A stretch of 64,000 bases of DNA from Octopus sinensis (GCF_006345805.1 NC_043018.1:17298001-17362000), one strand, 5' to 3'. Counted from the first letter of the stretch, positions 42,489 to 55,030 are shown. Numbers and translations are program-made. The notes: a model not told the origin generated them from the letters alone.

Positions 42489-42986
42489 TATATATACATA
42501 TATATGTATGTATGTATGTATATATAATTATGTGTGTGTGCATAATAAAGTATTAGGAAATTATCTTTGTAGTTGTTCGGCAAGAAATTGCTGAAAACTT
42601 ATACGTCGCCTAAAGACAGGAGAGCCCATGTTGGTATTTATATATATATATGTGTGTGTGTGTGTGTATGTTTGAGCAGTATTTAGGATAGTTGATATGT
42701 TTGTCACATATCGCAATTACTAAAAGGCAAATAGACTGCAGTTACGGTGGAGAATAAATCTCTCTTGTGGTAAAAAGGTGTGAAAACAACCAATTCGTTC
42801 AGCGTCGCTATCTTTTAGGAATCCCAGAGATCGATGTTTCAGATTTTTTAACTCTCGTCAATGACTTGTACCTAAGAGAGATAACTCTGAATGATTTTTT
42901 TCCTCCACGGTCACTGCAGAGAATTTACCTTTTAGCAGTTGAAATATTTGACAAACGTTTCAACTAGCCGAAATTCTGCTCAAACG

Positions 42987-43000
<14 letters not shown>
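41910..43000. repeat. Tandem duplication with a 595-bp period
   Basis: The ORFs at 42172 and 42767 are identical up to a 1-bp indel (GACAACG versus GACAAACG). Confidence 0.95.
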
Positions 43001-43034
<34 letters not shown>

Positions 43035-43121
43035 TATGTATAAATATCAACATGGACTCTCCCGTCCTTAGGCGACGTATGAGGATTTAGCAATTTCTTG
43101 CCCAACAACTAAAACGATAAT
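42560..43121. mobile_element. ~560-bp fold-back (palindromic MITE-like) element
   Basis: The outer ~90 bp, the (TA)(TG)/(CA)(TA) tracts and a further ~100 bp are mutual imperfect reverse complements, e.g. GTTTGAGCAG / CTGCTCAAAC. Confidence 0.85.
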
Positions 43122-43129
43122 ATGTTTAT

Positions 43130-43335
43130 AGTGATCAAATGTGTGTGTTCACATAAGACCACTCCCTCCATCAAAACGCCATAATTTTTGCAGGTGCACT
43201 TTGTGCCATATGTCAGAGGACGAAATGATCTCAGCGTGACATGATGCGCTTTGCTCGAAAACACAATACAACGCCCGGTCTGGGAATGGAACCCACGATT
43301 TCCCAATCGTAAGTAGAACAGCCTAAACACTAAGA
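43130..43335 (-). mobile_element. Degenerate tRNA-like SINE with an A-like head and a different body
   Basis: ACAACGCCCGGTCTGGGAATGGAACCCACGAT matches the family A head; the body differs. Confidence 0.55.
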
Positions 43336-43424
43336 TATATGTAGATAGAAAGAGAGAGAGATAGAGAAAGAGAGAGTGACACACACATATATTTTCATAA
43401 CAATATAGTAAAGAAATATAAATG

Positions 43425-43941
43425 ACTAGCAGTATCGCCCGGCGTTGCTCAGGTTTGTAAGGGAAATAACTATATAAGCATTTTTAGAGAGTTACTTCCC
43501 TTATAGATGCCAATTCGGGCTTTCTTAGCCATTTCTGTTTTGGTGTCTTCAAGCCATGAAGTCGTTGTTCTAAAAGAACGCTGGTCTCCTTGACAACGCA
43601 TTACGACATTGATTTCCTTACACTCCCTTCCCCACAGCTTCACGAGGGAGGGAAGAAGAAGGAGAAGCAAACAGGTGCAGGTGTTTGAGCGTGGGCGCCA
43701 ACTCCGCTGCCATCGACACACGAAAAATTATGCATTAAAATGGAATAAAAAATGATGTTAAATTATTTTTAAAATCGTAGACTCATCGTAGATGCGCGCT
43801 AATAGCCAGACGGGCTCGATATGAATCACGACTATAAGATACCCGAATTTGGTTAAACTGTACCGCAAAATGTGGGAGTAGTTAGGAATCTAAATCGAAG
43901 GGGACAGACACTCACACAACTACATTTTTATATATATAGAT
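43425..43941 (+). mobile_element. Helentron/Helitron-associated non-autonomous element (HINE/DINE-1-like)
   Basis: 5' ACTAGCAGTATCGCCCGGCGTTGCTCAGG and 3' GACAGACAC..TTTTTATATATATAGAT, termini characteristic of this class. Confidence 0.75.
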
Positions 43942-44494
43942 ATTAAAGAAGAAAGTATAATTTCATATAATATTGGAATGTTAAACGGTTTGGAGACCTA
44001 CTATTGTTAAAACATCTACTTGCTGAGTTGCACCTGTTGAGACAATGTTCTCACGATTTTTATTCCCTTATAAATATAGTAAAAATTATCTTCACATAAG
44101 GTTGGTAAAATATCATTCATTGTATATGTTAGTACATTTATTTCCTATAATTAATATCAACAAACATAAGTTTAGGCTTAATCTTAAAATGTATTAAATT
44201 TTATTATCATACGATTATGTGATATATGTTTAAAACGTAGGTTATAAATTGGATAAATCACATTATGTTTTTCTAAATATTGCTAACTCGAATAAAAGTT
44301 TCAATAAAAGTGAGATATTGCCTCTTTTAATTAGAAGTTCCTTGTAAAGCTGTCGTGAGTAAAATCAATGTTAATGTAGACCATATGCCATAAACATTTG
44401 AATACACACAATTATCACCTGCATCAGACACAAAAGAGACTCGATAAGTTAGGACGCCAAATGTGGAATATATGAATTATAAATGTATTTTTAC

Positions 44495-44670
44495 AGTAGT
44501 CTCAGCATTCGCATTTGCTTCTACCAGTTCTAATTGGCTGCAGAGAATAAAATGCAGAAATCTTATTCTTACAAGAATGGTAGCAGCAGATATAAATGCA
44601 GCCGTTCGCAAAGTCAAGGAAGCATTAGAAAGAATCTCTGGCTTTTTATGGGACCAGAGGGAGGAATTAA
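44495..44670 (+). mobile_element. Possible HERO-like (R2 group) LINE C-terminal remnant
   Basis: AFASTSSNWL..AAVRKVKEALERISGFLWDQREE resembles GF...AVRRL.EAAERAS.WLW.KREE. Confidence 0.5.
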
Positions 44671-44775
44671 CGAGGACGTTGGGTATTGATTCTTGCCAGC
44701 ATTCTTAATCTTCCAGTTTTACCATGCCCACCCACACAAGCACATACCTCGCACACACTCAAATACACACACAGG

Positions 44776-44818
<43 letters not shown>

Positions 44819-44931
44819 ATATATATATATACAAATAGATAGATAGATAGATAGATGGACAGGTAGATATACATATCTGTGTTTATTTTTCTATGTCTAT
44901 ATATATATCTATATCTATATCTGTATATCTG

Positions 44932-44984
<53 letters not shown>

Positions 44985-45007
44985 TTATGTATCTATCTAT
45001 CTATCTA

Positions 45008-45041
<34 letters not shown>

Positions 45042-45249
45042 TATGTATATATGTATAACTATGTCCATATGTAGGAGATCTGTATGTGAGCGTGTATGTG
45101 TGTGTGTGCGTGTGTGTTTGCAAGTACACATGTACACAATATTGCTCCATGTACGATTGAAAAAAAGACCGGCACAATCTGGCCTCAATGCATGAAATAA
45201 TCGATACATCTGGCGGCCCTCTGCTTTTAGAATGCGTATGGAAAGCGCA

Positions 45250-46090
45250 TTAGAATGCTGCTAATTTTGTAGCATTTTGAAAAAAATCGTTGAAGAATAT
45301 GCTATTATTCTGTTGTAGTGTAGCTGATACGGTATTGAAAATATGTCGAACGTCTCTTACCGCTTCAGTTTCTTGCATATTACATTGTGGGATTGATGAC
45401 ACGGCTAATGTGTCGGACATCATTATTAAAAAATTGAAGAATAACTGAGTATGTTTACTTCTTGTGATAATATTTTTGATCATTAGATATGTTATGTTAA
45501 TGGTTGTGCCATACACGTTCGTACGTATATAAATTCTGTTTAATATTTCACCAAACATATGCAACTATTTCTATATTCCTGATTGCATATTCTGTAATGA
45601 TGCAAGCAAATAGAGAAACTTTACATTCTTTACACTGAGATGGAGCTAAATTTACATCCGCTACTGAACTATTTGTAGCTATCTGAAATACGTTACGAAT
45701 TTTGGCTGTCGGATCAAATTTATTTATCGATGCTTCAAAAGTGGTGTCATCTCTAACACAGCTCTCTAAATCGATAAGTAACCATCGCACATGTAAACGT
45801 TTTCAAGTGGTTTGGTTTGAAATTCGCCTCACATTTATAGATAACATCTGCATGGAATCTCTGTACGGATGGATGCTGCATAGCAATTCACCGAAACATC
45901 GAAGCATTTTCACAATTTCTCTATTTGAAGTTATTTCAGAGAAATGTAGTTGAGAGACATCCACTGCTATGAACATGATAGGTACGAAAATGACATCTAC
46001 CAGGAAATGAAACAGACGTTTCTTTGGATAATCATTACGTTGACTGTTACTTAGATTAAAATTGGTGGCAACTATGGCAGACAACTCTTT
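45250..46090 (-). pseudogene. Degenerate piggyBac-like transposase
   Basis: Colinear decayed motifs across frames: EIVKMLRCFGELL; FTCAMVTYRF..RDDTT..FDPTAKIRNVFQ; TEYAIRNIEI; VYGTTINIT. Confidence 0.55.
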
Positions 46091-46159
46091 CCCGAAAATC
46101 TCATCGACATTCTGAAGCCTATTATTATAATTGCCCCCAACCTATCAGCTTGTTGGCAA

Positions 46160-46264
46160 TAATAATAATAAGAAGAAGAAGAAAAGAAGAAGAAGAGAAG
46201 AAGAAGAAGAAGAAGAAGAAGAAGAAGAAGAAGAAGAAGAAGAAGAAGAAGAATGATAATGATA

Positions 46265-46319
<55 letters not shown>

Positions 46320-46405
46320 TAATAGTAAGAATAATAATAATAATAATAATAATTATTATTATTATAATTTCTATTATTATTGTAATTATTATTATTATTA
46401 TTATT
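46160..46405. repeat. (AAG)n-(AAT)n-(ATT)n compound microsatellite
   Basis: Direct reading; the (AAT)n/(ATT)n junction near 46352 is palindromic. Confidence 0.95.
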
Positions 46406-46406
46406 T

Positions 46407-46962
46407 TTGAGTGAGCGAGCAGAGCATGCCATCAAAGTGACACTGGGGTAAAATATACGAAGCCCAGTATACCCATCATGACTACCCGTCTGATAAGGGT
46501 ACACCAGGCACATGCATCACAACCATATGTGCGCGACATGGTGATCTCATATCAAGATAAACAGCACATGACCTTGCAGGTGGAGCCCAGTTAGAATTTT
46601 CTTCAGATCGAGTAACCCATCCCGCTCAAAAGGTCCCTGAATAAGGGTTGTTTAAGGACGTTGAACGAAACACCCATGTTTCCAGAGGTGAATTATTCAA
46701 ACCCCAAAGAATTCTTCTCAACACAGGGCTATGATGCTCCCCCACTACTTCTGCTCGTGATCAGAGATGCACATATCGTCAGCCACTAAGGGACATGCTC
46801 AACTGGTTAAGGTCAAACAACTGACAAGCAAATCTGTGGTATTGAGCAGAATATTTGCTGTAGCCCATCTTTTATACCAGGACAAAACAATGTACATGAT
46901 AACACTTCCAATCAGTTAAGATCAGAAGCCATGAGAGCCACTGCCTGGTACTGCATCAGGGC

Positions 46963-46965
<3 letters not shown>
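46407..46965 (-). mobile_element. Unclassified element X, apparently full-length ~560-bp copy in (TAA)n
   Basis: Flanked on both sides by (ATT)n; two further copies in the window; no clear tRNA boxes, terminal inverted repeats or recognisable ORF. Confidence 0.85.
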
Positions 46966-47006
<41 letters not shown>

Positions 47007-47019
47007 TATTATTATTATT

Positions 47020-47728
47020 CAGTAGTTCTATTTTTATAGCGTGCTCTCACTTCACTACCGAGCGCAGCTCTTTGTGCCTTAGGTATGTGCTGTGATTTGT
47101 TGTGATGCTCTGATGGTTATTGTATGGAAAGTGTTCTGCGTAGGATGTGTGCAGTGCCTAGTAGTGCAACTTTCTGTATGTTATATGTGTTTGTAAGTCC
47201 TAGTGTTTTGTTATGTATTTGTCTGAATATGTTTTAATCATGCTTATTGCACCTACTATGATAGGAATTGTTTCTGTTTTGAGATTCCACATTCTGGTTA
47301 CCTCTACTTCCAGGTCTTTGTATTTTGAAAGTTGCTCCATTTCTTTTAGAGACACGTTGTCATCTGCCGGTATTGATACATCAATTAGAAAGAATTTTTT
47401 TTCTTCATGATCTCTGACAACTATATCTGGTCTGTTGGCCTTAATTTCTCTATCTGTGTGTGTCGGCATATCTCAGAGTATGGTTGCTTACTCGTTTTCT
47501 GTGGCCTTTTCTGGTGTGTGCCTATACCATCTTTTTTCTGTTGTTATTCCATAATGTTGGCATAGCTTCCAGTGTAAGTAGGTCCCAACACTGTAATGTC
47601 TGTGAGTATATTTCTTCTTAACCAGGACTGGGCAGCCAGAGATAATATGATTTATTGTTTCTTGTCCATCTCCACATATTCTGCAGTTACTTGTTATATT
47701 TCTTTTCATTACATGTTTTTGGTAATTT
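47020..47728 (-). mobile_element. R4/Dong-clade LINE 3' portion (second family)
   Basis: CRICGDGQETINHIISGC (CCHC), NRPDIVVRD..FLIDVSIPAD (PD..D endonuclease), then KVALLGTAHILRRTLSIQ* at 47117; two in-frame stops near 47480; (TAA)n on both sides. Confidence 0.93.
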
Positions 47729-47807
47729 ATTATTATTATTACTATTATAATTTTTATTATTATTGTAATTATTATTATTATTATTATTGTTATTATTATT
47801 ATTGTAA

Positions 47808-47858
<51 letters not shown>

Positions 47859-47887
47859 CATTATTATTATTATTATTATTATTATTA
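47728..47887. repeat. Interrupted (ATT)n microsatellite
   Basis: Direct reading. Confidence 0.95.
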
Positions 47888-47914
47888 CTAGCAGGACCCG
47901 TGAAAAATTCACGG
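47887..47914 (+). mobile_element. Possible HINE-like 5' terminus
   Basis: ACTAGCAG start as at 43425, plus a perfect 7-bp hairpin CCGTGAA-AAA-TTCACGG. Confidence 0.4.
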
Positions 47915-48072
47915 AAAACATTAAAAATGTAAGCATCTGCGAAGAGTGTACTGGAGCCATGAGAAATGTTTGCATATTATGACCGTCTAACTTTACCTTC
48001 TGAGTTCAAATTCTGCCTCTATATAAACACACCACAAATATACCCGAAAGACCATGAAACTGTTGATGCCCA

Positions 48073-48365
48073 AACTGCTACCATTTAGACAATATCTGTT
48101 TCGAGAAAGGACACATATACAACTCCAAGATCACTGACCTCAACAGAATAGCACAGACATATATCGGAGTGACGGGCAACTCATTCAAGGAAAAGTATAC
48201 ACAAAATTAGGCGTCATTTGGAGACAAAAACAAAAACAAAAACTGCAAGATCCCCGTTAAATATAATGTTGAAAGTAGGCAGAATAAGCAACCCGCAGAT
48301 AAAATGGAAAATCATTGCTAAAGCCAAAACCTACAGCGGACGGATTACGAAATATGAGCTCAACT
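48073..48365 (+). mobile_element. Penelope-like GIY-YIG endonuclease remnant
   Basis: NCYHLDNICFEKGHIYNSKITD..QTYIGVTGNSFKEKYTQN*ASF, then IKWKIIAKAKTYS; matches the PLE pattern (VY..YIG.T...FK.RY.NH..SF..I.W.I..KA..Y). Confidence 0.8.
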
Positions 48366-48934
48366 CTGTATTACTGGAATATTAGACGTTGTACAATCAA
48401 CATATATCATCCGAAATATTAGAGATGAAACCTTCTCTCTCTTCATACATGAACGATATTTTACACTCAAATATTTCAAAGAGCCCCTATACGCGAGGGT
48501 AACCCTATCGGGATAGCCCAATTCCTAAACGTTGACACACATAGCACACAACTCTCACACAAAGAAGAAACATGCTCCAATAGCGAACTACCTAAGCACT
48601 CAAGTATAAGAACAACATGCCTAGAAGAAAAACAAAACATTGCAAAATAATGAAAACAACATTCAAAATTAAGGGAGACAAACATCCAAAAGATGACAAT
48701 GAAGAGTAATGGCACTTGATTCATTGATTTATTGATTTATTTACGCTAATGTACGAGAAATCTCGTGGACAAAGCGAGACTGTTTTGCAAAATGGATTTG
48801 ACCAAATTTCTCCATGTAATCGGCTTGAAAATCTTAAAACACTAAAAAAGTATACACAAACACACAGACACACAGACACATACACACACATACACATACA
48901 CACACACACACATACACATACACACACACACACA

Positions 48935-49082
48935 GTTGTAGCTCTTGCTTCCCAACCACATCGTTCTGGCTACAATCCCACTTCGAGGCAACTTGTTCAA
49001 GTGCCTTCTACTATGATCTCGGGGCGACCGAAGCCTTGAGAGTGGATTTGGTAGACGGAAATGGAAAGAAGCCCGTCGTATA
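48935..49082 (+). mobile_element. SINE family C, 5' half ending in an expanded (TA)n
   Basis: GAGTGGATTTGGTAGACGGAAA..AAGAAG matches 33498-33535. Confidence 0.8.
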
Positions 49083-49127
49083 CGTACTATATATATATAT
49101 ATATATTATATATACATATATATACAC

Positions 49128-49205
<78 letters not shown>

Positions 49206-49206
49206 G

Positions 49207-49238
<32 letters not shown>

Positions 49239-52200
49239 ATATATATATATAATATATTATATATATATCATTGAATCTTGAGAGAAGATTATCACGGTGG
49301 GTTTGGATATCAGAGAGGGCAGACCAATGGTTTAATATTAATGTAAAAGAAACTAGGACTTGATAAAAACCAGTTGTATCACATTCGAGATATTTATTTT
49401 GGAAGAATACCACAGAGAAACTTATGTATATCTAAATAATGTTGTGTTATATTTCTAAAACCACAGAAGAATTGCTCTTCGATAGATTTTATCAATATTC
49501 CGAATCTTCATGTCGTAAACAGATAAAGAAACAGACTGATATTGCGGCAGGGCTGCAAAGCTATTTTCAACTTTCTTAGCAAGTATTAACCTTTGCTAAG
49601 ATTTCTATCACTTTATTTCACCTTTCCCCTAAAACCGTACCGCGCTATAGATAAAATAAATGTAGCTATTTTCAGCCATAGTATACTATAATGAAAAACT
49701 ATTTTTTCCCCAACTTAAACCAACATTGTCTTACAGATGATATGCAGTAAAATTCAACTGTCTCATTAAATGAATGATATAGGAAACATTCTTATGATAA
49801 ACGACGGTTGTAGAAGCGTTATCGCCTTCATGAAATGTAGCACTTCAAGCAAAGAAAATAATTACATTTCAAACGTTCTCATAGATATTCCTTATGGATC
49901 TGGACGCATTTCAATTAAATACTAAACTAACAGTCATCGAGATAGCATTTTCTTGCTGCTCCTGTGCATTCTTGATTTGTAATGTTTGAAGCAAACACTC
50001 CCAAAAGATGTAAGTGATGGTGATTTATGCCATCCTGCTGGGTTAAGGCAAGCTAGTTTTACGTGTTCTATATTAAGATCTAAAATTATTTCCCATTAGC
50101 CTTAAATATTCTCAACTGCTTTTCCTACATTCAGTTGGCATGAATAACATTAGTAAGCATTAACCAATCATTCTTTTATTAGTGGTGTGAAAAACTTGGT
50201 GTGATTTGTCATTTTTAAAAAATAATTATGCTGAAGTCTCTTTGTTTACACTAAAGATTAAAACAATATTTAGTTCAAAATAAAATTGCGTTTTTCCTAG
50301 TTAAATAATTAAATATTTAGTGATTTCACTTCTCATTCAAAAACAACTGTTTTCAGATGTAATATATTTTATATGTGATAAAAAGCAGATAATAAAATCG
50401 TTGTCGGAATTAAATTATTCTATAAGGTGTTTATTTGTTAAATTTTGAATTAAATGTTACTCCCATTTAAAATTTCCTTATGTTTATTTATCCATTTATT
50501 TGCATTTTTATGCACAAAAGTACATTTTCTGTAGCGAAAACAACGCTAATTGCCAATTAGATTAATTGTAGAATATTACTGATACATCATTCGTTGATCT
50601 TAAAGGAAAATGTAAGATACGAAGGCAAATTACAATACATTTACGTTTATTGCCCTTAGTGTTTAAAATATTTGACGGTTTTACTTTCAACAACTCTATG
50701 CAAATAAAAAGAGGGATACGAATATTTTAATTACTTATCCTAGGTGATAATTCTTATTAAAGAGCAGCCAGATCCCCATGCGCACCCTTACCTTCGGTCA
50801 TGGTCTCTCCTTTCGCAAAGGTGTTTTCCTAGAGAATGGACCCAGCATTACATATGCCATTTTTAGTTAAGAAGATAGAGAGTTCGTTGGTATTTCTAGC
50901 ATACCTAACGACAGGATAAAGGGTGGTTTGTCAACTGAGCAGGAATGCAAAAGAAGTAAACGGTTCGTAAGTAATAAGCAACGATTCCTCGCCATAAATA
51001 AACGTCTCACGTTTATGGATGCACATATTGAAAAGCAAATGGAAAATATGTGTGCGAATTGAATTACGAATTACACACAGGGCGATATTTTTATAATGTA
51101 ATTCTGTTGAAGTAAAAGATGCCATATTCAGAAGCTATAATGTATTGCTTCAGAATTTAATATTCGTTTTTTTTTTTGGAGTATCCCTGATCATTAAAGG
51201 AATCTCGTAGATTCGTGGAATACAAAAACGTACTGAAGCATAAATCTTAGGTCACTGGAATATAAAGTGAGGTTTTATTCCCAGACAGGATCTCTGGCCA
51301 TAAACTATTAAAAACTTTCTGCACGTCCCAAACTTTCGTCAGAATTGAAGCCAACACATCATCATACGACAAAATAAAACAACTCAATCTTATGCCACTC
51401 AGCTTTACTGTTTGAAATGTTGAAAAGTCTGTTGAAATCCAGCTGCCAATCATTTAGCTAATAATATCATAACCATTCTGTTCATTGTTTATTTTCTTTG
51501 CAGCAGGATATTTATTTTGACGAATATAACATTTATTTTGCTAGGAATTCATTTCCTGAAAAATATAATTTCATTGCAATTGATTTGAAACTGTGGCTGT
51601 TATTCTCCAGGCATGCATGAGAGAGATGCGCGTGAGCGTATCTATGTATGTATGTAAGTTCATGCCAACGTATATGTTCAGTAATATATATATTATATTG
51701 AATTACTTCTCTCTAGGTGTTCCTAAAGTGGATTTAAATATATTGAAATTTCAATAGAACTTTATAAATACGATATAAATATATGACTTCGTTTAATTTT
51801 GTGTGTTATTTTTACGCTCTGAAATTAATAAATCAATCAATTTTCTCTTCGTAGAACTATTGATAATGTCCGTGTAACGCTGAGTTCAAAATCTATAGGC
51901 ATCATTCCACTACGCAATATCAAATGTCTCTCTTTCCTGCGTCCAGATAGGACAAAATTCTTGAAAACATTTATTTTAACGTTGGGATTTCTACATTCGA
52001 TATACAGTGATGAGTCACAAGTGGTGTACAGGGTATAAACGCCAAGGAGGTGAGGTAATTGTTGACTATATTGCTTTGTACGCTCCTGGATGGAATGGTA
52101 TAACAGCAAGAGACCCCTAAAGATGTAAATATATCAAATCGTCTTATTGCCAAATATCATTGTAGGAAGGATACCGTAACATTGACAACTATAGTTTTAT

Positions 52201-52513
52201 ACGTGCGTACATCATACATACTGACACACATATGTAATTGAAACGTACGTAAGACAGTAAATAAAAAATCTTTTAAAGATATCCCTTCTTCAGTTTCGTG
52301 TTCTACATATATTCTGCATATGACTGAAACCAGTATTTCCCAACAGCATGATTTAATTAAGTATTTCAAATCAGAAAAAAACGCTACTTTCAAAAGAAAT
52401 CGCTGCAAAGTGTTGAGAGCGGAATTGGTCCTACCACATGTGAAAATAAATTTGTTTGAAATTTTAAGGTGTTTCAATTCTTTTGCCCCCCCCCCATATA
52501 TATATATATATAT

Positions 52514-52806
52514 CACGTGATAACGTGACCGACCAGACCATCAGATGTTGTTACACATTGCTGGTCACAATGCGTTCGCATTGTTTTAGCCTTCGAATGA
52601 CGCCGCCCCGCTGGCTAAGCGAGCAGGCCAACAGAAGAAAGAGTGGTGAAAGAGTACAGCAGGGATCAACACCCCCTGCCGGAGCCTCGTGGAGCTTTTA
52701 GGTGTTTTTGCTCAATAAACACTCACAACGCCTGGTCTGGGAATCGAAACCGCGATCCTGCGACCGCGCGTCCGCTGCCCTAACCACTGGGCCATTGCGC
52801 CTCCAC
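52514..52806 (-). mobile_element. SINE family A, tail type 2
   Basis: Head plus the tail ACAATGCGAACGCATTGT..CTGGTCGGTCACG shared with the 7558 copy. Confidence 0.93.
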
Positions 52807-52840
52807 ACACACACATACACACACAACACACACACAACAC

Positions 52841-52927
<87 letters not shown>

Positions 52928-53498
52928 TTGAGGATATGAGAGGTAATTGTGCCCAAAGGTGTCAGTAAATATTAATGTAAACTACATTCCTAATTCTGCA
53001 ATGCTTACCTCAGATCAAGACTCTTCCTGAAAGAATTTCAGAAATACACAAAAATATATTTTTGTATATATGTGTGCGCGTGTGTGTGGGGGGGGGTGTA
53101 GTTGGAGCGAAGGTTTTAATCTTGTTTCCTATTGTATTAGAGTTTTGTGTTAAATTTTATAATTATAGTATTTTCAGGTAGTTGACTTAGGTTGGGTGTC
53201 GAAGCTGTTGTTATAACTCTTGCCATTTTTAGAATGTGTTTTTGTGGTTAGAAATCAGTCTTTAGTTGTTAATGAATATATTTTTTTATTACTATCATTT
53301 ACCGTATCTTTATTTCTAATTTTTTCCTCCTCTTTCGTATTATTTCCATGGTATTTAGTTTCGTTATCAGAATTGACTACCTTGTCATTATCGTTGATTA
53401 TCGAGTTAATTTGGGCTGCATTGTGTTTATCCTCACTTTTATTATTTTGACAAAATTTTACTTTCTTCCTACAGCCCACTTTGTCTACAGATGATTTG

Positions 53499-53529
<31 letters not shown>

Positions 53530-53534
53530 CATAT

Positions 53535-53566
<32 letters not shown>

Positions 53567-53849
53567 ATTTATATTAAAATTTTATGTATTGATTAATTCT
53601 TTCCTTGTTTGATTTGTAAAGTAGTGGTTTTGTCTCGAATTATTTTATATAATATTTTAATATAAAATTGGATTTAACCCAAAATCTGATTTTTCCCTGT
53701 AAATTTGGATTCATTCCCTAATATTTATTATTATATATATATATATATATATGTATTTATATATATATATATATGCGTGTGGATGGCAGTATATGTATCT
53801 ATATTTTGCTTATACACAGAAATGCTTGTGTCAATTTTCCGCGACGAAA

Positions 53850-54220
53850 ATATCCTTTTCTGTTTCAGGCACAACGCCCGAAATTTTGGGGGAGGGGGCC
53901 AGTCTATGAGATCGACACCAGCACGCAACTGCTACTTAATTTATCGAACTCGAAAGGATGTAAGGCAAAGCCGACTTCGGCAGAAATTTGAAGTCAGAAC
54001 GTAAAGACAGTTGAAATACTTCATTGCCCACAGTGGGCTAAACATAGAGGGGCCAAGCAATGACTGACAAGGGAATTAACTCGTACTTATTTAATCGACC
54101 CTGAAGGATGAAAGGCAAAGTCGACCTCGGTGGAATCTGAACTCAGAACGTAAAGACAGACGAAATATCGGTAATCATTTCACCCGGCCTGGTAACGATT
54201 CTGCCAGCGTGCTACCTTCA
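53850..54220 (-). mobile_element. Tandem pair of SINE family D copies with different tails
   Basis: GAAAGGATG.AAGGCAAAG.CGAC.TCGG..GAA.TCAGAACGTAAAGACAG occurs twice (about 53950-54010 and 54100-54160). Confidence 0.85.
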
Positions 54221-54724
54221 GGGACCAAATTATAAGTTGTTGCTGAAAGGAATATCAAAGAATGTGTAATATTTCACATTATCGAGCATTTCTTCAAAAC
54301 GGTAACAGAACAGAGATTAGAATACATAAGATAAATTATTTCCAATGCTTTCAGACGATATGATTCTTTTGAGGACTGACGAATTTCGCAACGACCAGCG
54401 AAAATGATAACGATTTTTACTTTCTATAGATATATTTCGAAATAATATATTTAGTAACGCCAATGCGTTGTTGTCGATTGTACTGTATGTTCTTCCTATC
54501 GTAAATTCTATGTTCGCAGAAATCATTATCGACAGTACAGTTTTTCTAGTTTTCATTTCTAATAATCTCTCTTTGAAAATGTAAAATTCATTTACATAAC
54601 TCATGTAATAAATCGAAATTAAATATTGATTTTTTAAAGATTATAACTTAAAAGATATTTGTATCAGTCGATACAACTTCTGGAGAATGTATTTTATGTT
54701 TTCTAGCTGCAGCGGATAGCCATG

Positions 54725-55030
54725 AATACATACATACATACATGCATATATACATACATACATACATGCATGCATGCATACATACATACGTACATACTTA
54801 CATCCATGCATACATACATACATACATACATACATACATGCATACATACATACATGCATGCATGCCTACATACATACATACATACATACATACATACATA
54901 CATACATACATACATACATACAAACGTACATACTTACATACATGCATACATACACACATACATACATACATACATACATACATACATACATACATACATA
55001 CATACATACATACATGCATAGATACATACA
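54725..55030. repeat. (CATA)n with CATG variants
   Basis: Direct reading. Confidence 0.95.
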
